NCBI GenBank assembly: GCA_032718475.1
Contig: JAUCBJ010003281.1
Span: forward strand, 1-44,823
Length of the DNA stretch: 44,823 nucleotides
DNA from: Nemertoderma westbladi
Lineage: Eukaryota > Animalia > Xenacoelomorpha
Reading direction: 5' to 3'
A model generated the notes under the pieces. It was not told the origin of the DNA. It saw only the letters and a program-made list of their open reading frames with translations, and ran no database searches. Shown here in pieces: positions 23,101 to 38,818 of this stretch (its first letter is position 1; every line of letters starts with the position of its first letter). Made by a program: the position numbers and the translations under genes.

Positions 23101-25072
23101 GACCTGCTGGGAGGAGCGTGCCTGATTCTCCTCCATCTGCCCGAGGAGAATATCCATCCCCCGCCGTCGCTCATCCACCAACTCTACCGCCGAAGCGGGA
23201 GCTGCCAACATAGTAGCGGGTAGACGAGGGACGACGGGTGACAAATTGTTAATGTCTCACTCGGCGTCCAGGACCGGAGTTGACTGAGGAACTGTCCCAC
23301 TGGATACAGGTAGTTTAGTACTGTGCAAAGGGAATTTAGAGTTAGGTTCTGGAAGTACAGGGGTCTCTATCACAGAGGGAGTGGCTTCGAGAACAGGCCT
23401 AATTATTTCAGGCTCATCCACTATAGTAGGGAGTCTTTCTACTCTAATACTTTGGTCAGTGGGTTCTGTACTACCTAAGTCTGCTCTAGCTAGTTGCCTT
23501 CTCACAGCTGGGGGCAAATTAGGCAATTTCTGATGGTGAGGCATTCTTCTACGTCTGTTGGAACGAGATCTATTTCCTCCGCCTTCAGGATCGGTGGTAT
23601 CGCCTTCATCAGATGATGTAAATCCCTGTCTCTTGGGAGTAGATCGACTTATCATCTGCATCTGACTAGCTGTTATCTGTTTATTTAGGTAATCTTGCTT
23701 CTCTTGAAGATTTTCCAACTCTAGTTGGGCTGTCTCTTCAGATGCCTTCTGTTTTGTTTCCGCCACTGCCAATGCTGCCTTTCTTTCAACTTCTGCAGCT
23801 GCTACTGCCGCTGCCGCTTTTCTTTCAGCCTCTACCGCTGCTGCTGCCGCTTCCTGTCTGTCTTCTATCTGTTTCTTCTTTACTTGTTCTTCTTGGACCC
23901 TAGCGATGCGGATGCTTTCATCAAATTTAGCTTGGTTCGCAGCTAACATTTCCGCATCTAATGCGTCCAACACAAACTTGGCTCCTTCACTATTAGGGCG
24001 AAGTCCAGCCAGCCGTCTCCTCAACTCTTCGTCACCTATAAATCGTTGATAGTCCGACAGATAGATGTCAATAGCATCCTTCTTCTGAGGTTTCTCCAAT
24101 GTCGCTTCGCTTTCCACTTGAGAAAAGGTAGCGTCTGTTGATTCTCCGTGGGTTGAGCGTTCAGCCAGCTGAATTTTCCATTGGGATGTTCCTTGAACTT
24201 TAAGGCTCACCCGTTAGAACCAAGTCTTTACGGCAACTTGCAACGACGTGTCTTGGCTTCTTTTCGAGGCTTCCTCAAAGGCCGAAAGGATCAGTCTGAT
24301 TCTTAGTATTCGTTCTCGAACTTGATAAAGCAGCTCTCCCTGCTCTTGAGGTCCTTGGGGTTGTTGAAACAGTTGTTCCTCTAATCGCTCCAAAAAGCTG
24401 AAGAATCTCTGTACATATCTTGCTGCCGACCTCTTCCACGCAGCTGGATCTCTTGTGTCTTTTGTCACTCCCATCCTGTATAAGTCCACCCAGGCAGCTT
24501 CCGATAAGTTAAACGGGAGTCCGGGTCCGGGGAAGTTCCATTGCGCCTCGACAATAGACTTCAGTTCCTCCCTTGTGTATCCCGCATAACTGTCCTTGGT
24601 TGATTGCTTACTTCTTGCCCAAACTATTTGGTGTTCCTCCACCGCAATCAATACCCTAGTGAGTACGGCTTCAGGAAGAATGAGAAGTGGATCCGAATAA
24701 ACTGCTTCTGCCTTCTTGGCTCCGCGTTCGGATGTCAACTCTACAGTATCTGAACTACTGGAGTTATCGGGCCACTGAGAAATAAGTTCTCGGCTCGGGT
24801 GTTGCTGGTGCTGCTGTTTAACAGCTGCCTCTTGGTCCCGCTTGACTTGAGACCTAGTGCCTATGATAGACCTATGGTGCTCTACTAGCCTAGGGCCTGA
24901 CACTACTACTGTAGGGATGACGTTTCTTACAGCAGGAGGAGACTTGGACTTTGGTCTGGGATGTTCTATACTTTGATCTGGGTCACAGATCTTTTTAAGA
25001 CACTGTCTATACTGTCTACTGTCTAACACTTTCTAAGAGACTATCTGACAGTGTTTGGGTTGTGTCAGACAT
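20105..25072 (-). pseudogene. Disrupted BEL/Pao gag-protease polyprotein fused to RNase H and integrase C-terminal remnants
   Basis: DUF1759-like KFNGDEMKWLPFN*YYKDNIQNSVLSNGEKLRFLIECLEG. Triple Zn knuckle CVLCDGPHRLSGC / CYNCLRRGHQWRTC / CAKCGAKHHILLH. Protease ALLDSGSTGTFI and ILIGQN. QWRHCLGTINPADIASRG, YSSWNRL, LNRPVSRLCLLE. In-frame stops at 24214, 23257 and 22642; frameshifts near 25020 and ~22420. Confidence 0.92.
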
Positions 25073-25208
25073 GATTTAATTTACAGTTGAATGCCTACTA
25101 CTATAATGACAGTTAAAGCAAGTCTAGTAATTCAGTATCAACTGTTAGCCTAGTAATTAATTACCGATATCGTTACTCAATGTAACGCGATATATATATA
25201 ATATATTA

Positions 25209-25463
25209 GAATACCGGTATACACTTATAGTATATATATAAGTATTATTACAGACTAGGGTTTGTCACAGAATACCGGTATATAATTTCAGCATAAATAT
25301 ATATAAATATATAATAAGCCTACCGTGAATACCGGTATACAGCTTACACTTATAGTATATATAAGTATAATTATAGACTAGAATTAATTACAGAATACCG
25401 GTATATAATTTCAGCATAAATTTATATAAATAAATATAATAAGCCTACTATAAATACCGGTAT
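25209..25463. repeat. ~120-bp tandem duplication in the retroelement 5' leader, built of ~60-bp subunits
   Basis: AATACCGGTAT recurs five times about 60 bp apart; alternate subunits are near identical. Confidence 0.8.
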
Positions 25464-26961
25464 GTCAATTATTTTATAATAACTGAATTTCTGAATTTTA
25501 GGGTTACTTTTCTTTACTTTGTTACTATTATTAAGCAGTAGTCCAACTGATATTAAGACCTAATTGATGTATGACAGGCCTACTATTTTATAAATCGGTT
25601 TGAGTTGATTTATAATATATATATACCCTTATAATGGGTTTTTTGAAATAAATGTTATCATTTCTGGTAAGGAGTCACTACACAGAAGCTGTATGCTCTC
25701 AGTGAAGTGCTACTTGTTGGACACTAAAACAAATAATTCTAATTTACTAAGTTACTTATTACTACAAATTAGGTACAATTACGGGGTGAGATTACAATCT
25801 CTAAATAAACACAACAAATTACACGTACAAATTTTAGGGTAATTTTACAGGAAATCTACAAACCAGCCTAACAAGGGGTTAGAAATTTCTGGTTGTTACA
25901 AACGGACAGGAAACTACGGTATTTGAAAATAATAAAGCAGTAGTAAATATATTGCGTTGTCTAGATAAGAAAATACCACCGTCTGACGACTTATAGTCTC
26001 TAGCTTTACAGCTCTATAAGTACTATGTTATGTACCCGGAATGTCCCTACCTAGAAGTTAATTACCTCAGCCAACTATAGCTAACGTGCCTATTAACCAC
26101 TTTACAACACAAATATACTGCCTACAAATTAATTACCTTCGGAAAGCACTGTACACTAAACCCTAAATTAGGTACAAGTACTTATAAAACAAATAACCAG
26201 CAGTTAAATATACTTGTACAGCCAAAAGAACCACGGTATCTGTTGGAGTGACTAGAGCATAAAATCACCAGCTTTACCTACGCCAAACAGCCCTGATGTA
26301 GTACCGGGGTAAATTTAAGTATAACGGTATGTATAACAAGCACAATTACTGTAGGAATAAACTTGGGGTTGTGTATATTGCGAATAATCGCATAAACTCT
26401 GAATAATAAATATTACGCTACCCGTACAGACTACACAAACAAAATACAAACCAAACGCTGGCAGACTACTATCAAGCCTAAATAAACTACAGTATATGCA
26501 GACTCCGAAATGGTTAGTTAGTATGTGTTCTAACCGAGTAGTACGACTTATTCTTTCGGAGGGGATTTACCTTATAACACTGGATGCCCCTACCTTCCTA
26601 ACTAGTATTTTATCGGACATACACTCTACACACACTGCAATCTCTTCAGACTTAACAACAGCCAGACAACAATCCAGCCTACAAATTACTTGTACAATCT
26701 GAGCAGGCTTACACGCCTTCTGCTCGATATTACTTACAGATAAATAAAACTGACAGAAATAAATAAAATCCCAATAAAAAACCAGGGCGGCCGTCCCTGA
26801 TTAAATATCAAGACCTACCGGTATATAATTATCAAAATCGAATAATACTGCTGTACCTGGAAGTACCGGTTCGGGCAGTTGGGCAGTTAGGCCTACAGCT
26901 TACCGTTCGACCAGTACCTTCGAATTTATTGCCTACGTGCAATCAAGAAGAAAACTATTAA

Positions 26962-28126
26962 TGTACGCGCTTTTAGACCTTTAGCAGTTTAACCTGCCAA
27001 TTTTAGGTGTCTTTTGTATATCAATTATTTAATGTACTGAAGGTACATCAGCCGAAGCCAGCCTGTGTGCGACCATTCACCCACAGTTAAGGGAGACTGA
27101 ATTCGGATGCTTTGATAGTGATTGCAGTGTAGACCTACTGTATTATTCGATTGATCGTTAATATATAATCTCTGACAATATATTTACTTTCGGGGAAATA
27201 TTAACAGTTCCTTTAGGACGTGGCGCTTTAAGTATAAAACAGAGTTATGACTTATACTAATCACAACTGGATGGCTACTGAGTTTCGTAAAAGGCGCATT
27301 CTTTAGGAGATGCTTTATTAACCTTCACACTACTTCACACGACTTCACACTACTTCACACTACTGCGCACTGATCTGCCGACCATCACTGAATTTGATCA
27401 TATATAAGGAGGATCGCAACTGACACATGTAGGGATTATGAAATAGCATTCAATTCACACAAAAACCACTATAATGTAAGTCGCAGTTGCTACCGGTAAA
27501 CCTGTTCCTCTAACCTTTATTAATCAAAGAGATTGAGGGTTTTATGATTATTCATCGGTATTCTCCAAATATATCAGCAATATATACCAACATAACACAT
27601 AACACCAATTAATAACAGAATCAAATAATGCGGTGAACAGTCAGTATGTGTAGTTGAATCGCGTTGCGTAGTGCCGCAGTGTGGCGGTGTGCTGCGTTAA
27701 TAGTTTTACGTTCCTTTGATCAAAGCCATCTGATGTTTCTGAGGTTTAGGTCAAAGTCTGAAACTTCCACAGAAGTACAGAAGAATCCTAAGCCGGTGTT
27801 CTGGGCTTAGAAAGATACACACTGGCTGAATTGCGTGAGTTTCTGTAGGCACTGTCCAACACAAAGTGAAAATCGCTCTGATTGGCTGAGCCGAACAAAG
27901 AACAAAGAGAGATTCAGGTTCCGCGTTGGCAGTAAATCAGCTGACAGATTGCGTCATCTGAGTCATCTTTTAGAGTATTAAGCGAATTGCGGCAGAATGG
28001 CTAGTTATGTCCGCTAAAGCACACATACAGACATAACGGGTAAAAATGGCTTGTTATGTCCGCTAAAAGCACCTACACGGTACATTGCGGAAAAAATGAA
28101 TGGTTATATCCGCAAAAGCTTTTACA
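26962..28126 (-). repeat. 5' LTR (1165 bp)
   Basis: Direct repeat of 15701-16862, upstream of gag on the minus strand. Confidence 0.95.
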
Positions 28127-28549
28127 AGCATTATAATTTTTTTATTTATACTTTGAGTATTTTCTATGTCGGGAAAAAATAGCAGGAAAGTAAAAGTATA
28201 CTACAACATTACGTCAATAGTATCACAATGCAGACAATCACAAAAATTGTAATACCAAATACAGTTGTAAAAATCACTTAAAATTACAAATGCAGTAGAT
28301 AGTTAACTTGTCTTGTGAGCTTTACTTAACAAATTCTGCTTATATGGCCTACTTATTACTGTATTATTATTGTATAATATTGTAATAATAATAATAATAT
28401 TAATATACTTAAAGTATCAACATATATTCGAATATTCCAATATTTTTGTGACGAATATTCGAAAAGGGTATTATTCATTGTTAGTTCATATTGATTGCTG
28501 GATTGCTCAGTCCACAATTTTCAGATTTTTATTTACTTTATTTCAGCTT

Positions 28550-28720
28550 TGAGGATACCATAGTTCAATCTCTAGACGGTGCAACACTGTTTGGGCACAG
28601 TGCCTCAAATTCCGCAGCCTAGCCCAACCCAGGCTTTCATCCTTGGTTTGACTGGTCGATAACGATTTGCTTTAACTCGTATTCGAAGGCTAAGTAGAGC
28701 CTCAGCGTGTAATCATCATG
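28550..28720 (+). mobile_element. Degenerate SINE-like remnant (B-box-like site plus conserved core)
   Basis: AGTTCAATC at ~28562, then GCCCAACCCAGGCTTTCATCCTT...GGTCGATAA. The same core occurs inverted at ~29710-29752. Confidence 0.35.
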
Positions 28721-29599
28721 TGCAATTTTCATACCTACCACTATCATATCTTAAGTTTAGTTGTAGTTGCTTAGCGAAAAACTTGTGACAAAAGTGCCAA
28801 AAATTTTTGTTTGTAACTATGGGTACACCATCTCCATTAATACAGCAACCATGATACAGATGAGAACAACCACACAACTAGAAGTCGGAACCCACCCCCA
28901 TCCCACACCAGCCCCCCCCCCCCCCCCCCCCCCCCACACCCCACACCCATACTTTTTTCAAATAAAAAATGTTTGAAAAATATATAGCAACCTCCTAGCT
29001 AAAATCATATGGCATTAGAACCCTTCATGTACTGTACTAGGCCTACTCATATGGCATACAGTATAGTGGAGACTATGCAGGGCTCTTACTGCTTAATACT
29101 TTTATTACAATTTCACCTTTTCTGTAGTTCACTGTAGTTTAAACCACTCCCCTAAGTATAGTAGGCCGGAAGGCTTTTAATACCCAACTGTAAATGCAGG
29201 GATAATAAAAATCGTAATGCGAGAGTATAATGCGATTACGAGGAAATATTGTGGTGACAACTATTGTCAATGGCTAACTACTGTATGAAGGCAGCGCAGC
29301 AGGCCTACTGTAGTACAGTAGAACCAGTAGGCCCACAGTACTGTACTCATATGGCGTATGATGGCATATGGCTGGGCTCTTAATTCTAAAAGTCACCAAA
29401 ACTGTGGATGACACATAAAGAACATTTTGTGAAACTACAGTAATACAGTATTAATGAATAAATTGTATTTCTACAGAATACAGAAGAGCGTTTATACACT
29501 AGCAACAGCTAGTTAGGTACAGCTCCCTCATATGAGAATGAGAATTCATCCAGTTCCATCATTTTCCAATTTGAATAGGCCTAATACAAAAATGAATGT

Positions 29600-29765
29600 G
29601 AGAATCTTTCAGACTCGTTAAGCCAAGGAATGCCTGTTCACCACCATGGGTGATCTTCCACAGTAAAGAAAAAGTAATCTTCCACTCTGTTTCTCAAGTT
29701 GCATTATTGGTTCCCAATTTCCTACCAGTTAAGGATGAAAGCCGGGGTTGGCTAACACAAAATCT
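29600..29765 (-). mobile_element. Second SINE-core-like remnant
   Basis: Minus strand reads GCCAACCCCGGCTTTCATCCTTAACTGGTAGGAAATTGGGAACCA, similar to 28622-28660. Outer limits are approximate. Confidence 0.35.
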
Positions 29766-29814
29766 GTATTTAAGAAATTAACCAAACCGCAAATAAATCA
29801 TAAGAGGGTAAAGC

Positions 29815-30329
29815 AGTAATTTCGACACTGGTTCCGACATCCTACTTCCCTCTATTAATATTTTGTAGCAGCTAGTCCTTATTTCTATTTGTATAGAAAA
29901 TGTTCCAGAAGATGTTAGCTATTCATTTTTCAAAAAAATTATGTTCTAGGGAAAATATTTTTTGTTCTAGAACATTTTTTAGAAAGAATCTGGATTCTAT
30001 TTAAAACTCATGGAATCGTTCTAAAACGTGTTTAAATCAATAAAAAAATTGTGAGAAAAAAAAAATATTGTGAAAATTATTTGTTGAAAAAAAATTTTGA
30101 AAATTTTTTCGTTGATTTTAAACACGTTTTAGAACGATTCCATGAGTTTTAAATAGAATCCAGATTTTTTTCTAAAAAATGTTCTAGAACAAAAAATATT
30201 TGTTCTAGAACATAATTTTTTTTAAAAATGAATAACTAACATTTTCTATACAAATAGTAATAAAGAACTAGCTACTACAAAATATTTATAGAGGGAAGTA
30301 GGATGTCGTAACCAGTGTCGAAATTACTA
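29815..30329. mobile_element. Near-perfect 515-bp palindromic MITE with hAT-like ends
   Basis: AGTAATTTCGACACTGGTT...AACCAGTGTCGAAATTACTA. The arms pair over ~230 bp. Flanks GGTAAAGC and GCTAAACC (6/8 match) may be a decayed 8-bp TSD. Confidence 0.85.
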
Positions 30330-30741
30330 GCTAAACCTACCTAAAACACTAGCTACCATAAAATTTTGTATCTTACTTAAACGAGGCGACTTCAATTACG
30401 TCCATTGACCAAATTGCAGCAAATGAAAATTTATAGAACTCTCCCCATATCAAAATATCACATTGTTGTAAAAAAAATCTTGCCCCCAGTCACCGCCCCC
30501 AGTTAACTCGATGGCATGGCCTTGTATGTAGTACGCCTTGACCCCAACCCAAAGGCACACAGAGGATTGTTCACAGGCAGGATTAACAGAAAAATTTGTG
30601 TATTAAAAGTAATATATTTTAGGCGTGGAGGCGACCCAATTTATAAGAAATATTATAACTTACCTTATGACGTTTTAGTATTGATACTGAAATATTAATT
30701 TACCATGTCGATGTCACAACAAAATTATTTAGCTATATTTA

Positions 30742-31645
30742 ATAGAAGGCAATTCCTAAAGGAAATGCAACCACGAAGCTAAGGAAAATTAAACACTTTT
30801 TGACTCATCACTTCATTGCTTTACAGAGTTAAGAGGCATATGCCTTTAAAACTTTTTCTAGAACTGCTGAGGTTTACATTAAGATCCGGTTTGTGGTTCC
30901 AGGTGACACATACTTCAATTCAGTTTCATTGAGTAGTTAATGTGCAAAACTAAGGATTTAATTGTTAAAACGTCTGTTTGTAGTGGTTGTCATGGAAACT
31001 GAAAAATGGAACAATTTAAATTGGATGCGGAATTAGTGATATAGTGGGGGTAGGGATTGGTCCCAAGTCGTAATACCTTAAAGTTATGCTTCAAATAACC
31101 ATTTTATAAATTTGAACATCTGTTTAGCATGGTTGCCCTGGTAACTAGATTTTTTAATTAACCTCAATAAGCTCGACTATTGTCCTTATCATTGAGTTGA
31201 GAAACCCCAAGTTTATATCTATTGTGGTTATTCTATAAATAGAGTTATGAATATAGACTTGAATGATATAATCTGTAATAAACTCCAGTTACCATGGTAA
31301 CTAGATATTTCTGAAATGTTTTGAGTTTTACTAAAAGTTCCAACTAGTGGTCCAGATAACACATAACCAGTTTCGTAAAATTTTATCGCGAAGTCTACGT
31401 CCAAACTCCAAATGAGTAATTTTTGTATTAAAACGTCTGTTTTCAGCGGTTGTCATGGAAACTACAAAATAGAACAATGAAATTTGGACGCAGAATAAGT
31501 TATATAGTGGGGGTAGAGGTTGGTCCCAAGTCATTATACCTTAACCTTAGCCTCACACAAGTAAAATAGCCCACTATGAATAGACCATCTCAGCTAAGGA
31601 AAATCTTTCTTAGCGAAAGTAGTTGATTTTCCTTAGCTTCGTGGA
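30742..31645 (-). mobile_element. Non-autonomous Helitron/DINE-1-like element, copy 1 (shorter, internally deleted)
   Basis: Minus strand begins A|TCCACGAAGCTAAGGAAAAT and ends with its inverted copy, an imperfect version of the 20-nt hairpin, and CTAT|T. Confidence 0.75.
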
Positions 31646-31713
31646 TTCTAAAGAATCTCCATTAAATACTCAGCCAATCAGTGTGCGTGATAAACAATAA
31701 GCAAGCTGTCTTA

Positions 31714-32984
31714 CTAGAAAGGCATTTCCTAAAGGAAATGCAACCACGAAGCTAAGGAAAATTAAACAAAGGGCCACAATTTGGTTTGTTGCTTAGCCTA
31801 GTTTAGTAGCATTTGCCAATAAATAACTTATATTCCCATGGAAACTAGAATTCTCTGGAACTGTTGGTTTTACCTTTGAAAAAAGATTCAGTCCAGATTG
31901 TGGTTCAGATAATACATATACCGAGTTTCAGAAATTATTGTAGTTTATGCCCAAATTACCGATTTTCTATCAGAATGCATCTGTTTGCAGTGGTTGTCAT
32001 GGAAACTGAAAATTAGAACAATGTAATTCGGATGCAGAATAAGTCATATAGTGGGGGTAGGTCTTGGTCCCAAGTCATAATACTATTAACTTGTGTTTAA
32101 AATTATCATTTTAGAAATTTTAACATCTGTTTAGTCTTGTTGCTATGGTAATTGGATTGTGTAATTAACCTCGAATGGATTGTATATGGACCTTACTGAT
32201 GAGTTGCAAAACCCCAAATTTATATTTATTACATTATTTTGCTACAAATAGAGTATTGAATTTAGACTTGAATGATATAGACTTTAATAAACTCCAGGTA
32301 CCATGGTAACAAGATATTTCTGGAATGTTTTCAGTTTCACTAAAAGTTCCAACTAATGGTCCAGATAACAAATTCCCAGTTTCGTAAAATTTTATCGCGA
32401 AGTCTATGTCCAAATGAGTTATTTTTGTATAAAAACATCTGTTTTCAGCGGTTGTCATGGTAACTGCAAAATTAAACAATGAAATTCGGACGCAGAATAA
32501 GGCATATAGTGGGGGTAGGGGTTGGTCCCAAGACATAACACCTTAACCTTAGGCTTCAAATTAACATTTTATAAATTTTAACATCTGTTTAGCCCGGTTG
32601 CCAAGGTAACTGGATTTTCTATTTAACCTCAATCGGATCTGCCATGGACTTTATAGTTGAGTTGAGAAACCCCAAGTTTATATCTATTATAGTTTTCCTA
32701 CAAATATAGTTATAAATATTGACTTGAAATACATAGACTTTTTTCTATGTCCGTTGCCATGGAAACCAGATTTTTCCTGGATATGAGACCCATCCCACAC
32801 GATGCGCCTCGATGAGTAGTACATACATGCAAAATTTCAGGGTACTTTTAAAGGCTAGTTTTTTCCGGAATAAAAAAACACCAAATCTGCCTCACACAAG
32901 TAAAATAGCCCACTATGAATAGACCATCTCAGCTAAGGAAAATCGTTCTTAGCGAAAGTAGTTGATTTTCCTTAGCTTCGTGGT
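31714..32984 (-). mobile_element. Non-autonomous Helitron/DINE-1-like element, copy 2
   Basis: 3' end is ATTTTCCTTAGCTTCGTGG-TT-GCATTTCCT-TT-AGGAAATGC-CTTT-CTAG|T. It has a 5' subterminal inverted repeat with an adjacent partial inverted copy, and internal ~460-bp tandem units. Confidence 0.8.
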
Positions 32985-33162
32985 TCTCTGGGCCTCGTAC
33001 ACTATTGCATGTGCTATAGAATTACACCTTGCTGGAATAGTGGTGAGGTGGAACTGGTCGGACTGATTCCTACTAGCCCGGCAAACACACCGGACGTGTT
33101 CTAGTGTTCTATGTTTCAGCTAGAACGGGTTTAAAGCAAAGAAAATGTGAGGATATTTAATA

Positions 33163-34438
33163 CGAGAAAGGCATTTCCTAAAGGAAATGCAACCACGAAG
33201 CTAAGGAAAATTAAACAAACGGCCACACTTTGGTACGTTGCTTAGCCTCGTTTAGTAGCAATTGTCAATAATTAACTTCTATTCCCATGGAAACTAGAGT
33301 TCTCTGGAACTGTTGGTTTTACCTTTGAAAAAAGATTCAGTAAAGATTGTGGTTCAGATAACACTTTCCGAGTTTCAGAAAATATTGTAGTTTATGTCCA
33401 AATTACCGATTTTCTATTAAAATGCAACTGTTTGCAGTGGTTGTCATGGAAACTGAAAAATAGAACAATGTAATTCGGATGCAGAATAAGTCATATAGTG
33501 GGGGTAGGTGTTGGTCCCAAGTCATAATACTATTAACTTGTGCTTCAAATTATCATTTTATAAATTTTAACATCTGTTTAGTCTTGTTGCTATGGTGACT
33601 GGATTGTGTAATTAATCTCGAATGGATTGTATTATGTATATGGACCTTATAGATAAGATGCAAAATACCAAATTTATATATATTACATTATTTTGCTACA
33701 AATAGAGTATTGAATTTAGACTTGAATGATATAGACTTTAATAAACTCCAGTCACCATGGTAACTAGTTATTTCTGGAATGTTTTCAGTTTCACCAAAAG
33801 TCCCAACTAGTGGTCCAGATAACACATACCCAGTTTCATAAAATTTTATCATGAAGTCTATGTCCAAATGAGTAATTTTTGCATAAAAACATCTGTTTTC
33901 AGCGGTTGTCATGGTAACTGCAAAATAAAACAATGAAATTCGGAGGCAGAATTATTTATATAGTGGGGGTAGGGGTTGGTCCCAAGTCATAACACCTTAA
34001 CCTTAGGCTTCAAATTAACATTTTATAAATTTTAACATCTGTTTAGCCCGGTTGCCAAGGCAACTGGATTTTCTATTGAACCTCAATCGGCTCTGCTATG
34101 GACCTTATAGTTGAGTTGAGAAACCCCAAGTTTATATCTATTACAGTTTTCCTACAAACAGAGTTATAAATATTGACTTGAAATACATAGACTTTTTTTG
34201 AAGTCCGTTGCCATGGAAACCAGATTTTTCCTAGATATGAGACCCATCCCACACGATGCGCCTCGACGAGTAGTACATACATGCAAATTTTCAGGGTACT
34301 TTTAAAGGCTAGATTTGCCGGGGGTCAAAAAAAACCAAATCTGCTCCATACAAGTAAAATAGCCCACTATGAATAGACCATCTCAGCTAAGGAAAATCTT
34401 TCTTAGCGAAAGTAGTTGATTTTCCTTAGCTTCGTGGA
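33163..34438 (-). mobile_element. Non-autonomous Helitron/DINE-1-like element, copy 3
   Basis: Collinear with copy 2 over its full length. 5' A|TC; 3' hairpin then CTCG|T. Confidence 0.8.
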
Positions 34439-34951
34439 TCTAGACAAGACATGCAGCCCTCTAGCGAGAGACTGAGGATTTGATGATGTCTGGAAGTCCC
34501 TAAAAAACAAAACTTATGGTCTTATTGATGCCTACTAATTTTAGACTCGAAAGCTTTAAATCCGACGAAGTTATAAGTAAGTCAAAATCGTAGCGACGAT
34601 GATGACATACAGTACCATTATTGCATGAACTATTTGCCATAATTGACCTACCCCCCTAAGAGATATCGTCAGTTCGCAAAGGCTCCGCCAACTTCGTGGC
34701 TCGGACCCTATACCTCATGCTATAAAATGTATTCGATCGATATACAATTATATATTAATCCAATGGGTGGTGTCAAATTATTATTCTGCAATTTCGTACT
34801 TGTAGGCTACAGTACAGCAGTAAGCCTACCGTACCGGTAGGCCTGTCATTACTTCGGAGTCTCTCGCCGATCCCCAATTAAATTTCCTAACTTTTCAATT
34901 TCGTAGAAGATAGACTTTATGATTCTCTACAAGCAATCTTTCCCGAGAAAT

Positions 34952-38440
<3,489 letters not shown>

Positions 38441-38818
38441 ATGAACCGTATACCAAGGCTCGCCGACTACGTGTCTCGAACCACACTGAGCCCTATCTAT
38501 GGATCGAACCAGTGCCTCCTGATTGAAAGCCCAGGAATGTCACCACTAGACCAACCTGCTGCTCAAATAGAAAGATCGTCAAAGCGACGGAGCAGTTTTA
38601 TTATTGTTATTACTTACTCAGTTCGCTACCAGACCGCGCTGCAATGATTGGCTGTAAATCCAAATGTTAAAAAATTGTAATGTTTTTAAATGTAAAATTA
38701 AATTACAAGGTTTATAAATTTCATGTCTATTAAATGAAAAATCTTAAAATATATATATTAACGTTTACTAGTATTATGTAAGGGTGTGTGTCGTTTTGTC
38801 GTATATATTCTGTCATAT

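Larger units (their letters stand above)
15701..28126 (-). mobile_element. BEL/Pao LTR retrotransposon with intact boundaries, non-autonomous
   Basis: Two near-identical TG...CA LTRs. 5-bp TSD AGCAT at 15696-15700 and 28127-28131. BEL-type gag, protease, RNase H tail and integrase tail motifs on the minus strand. Confidence 0.95.

Noticed and set aside
32190-32220. CTGATGAG resembling a hammerhead ribozyme core
   Set aside because: No stem II or GAAA, and the homologous positions in the other repeat units lack it.
31331-34282. Repeated short ORFs (MTWDQPLPP...) in the Helitron-like copies
   Set aside because: Frames and stops differ between copies, and there are no Rep or helicase motifs.
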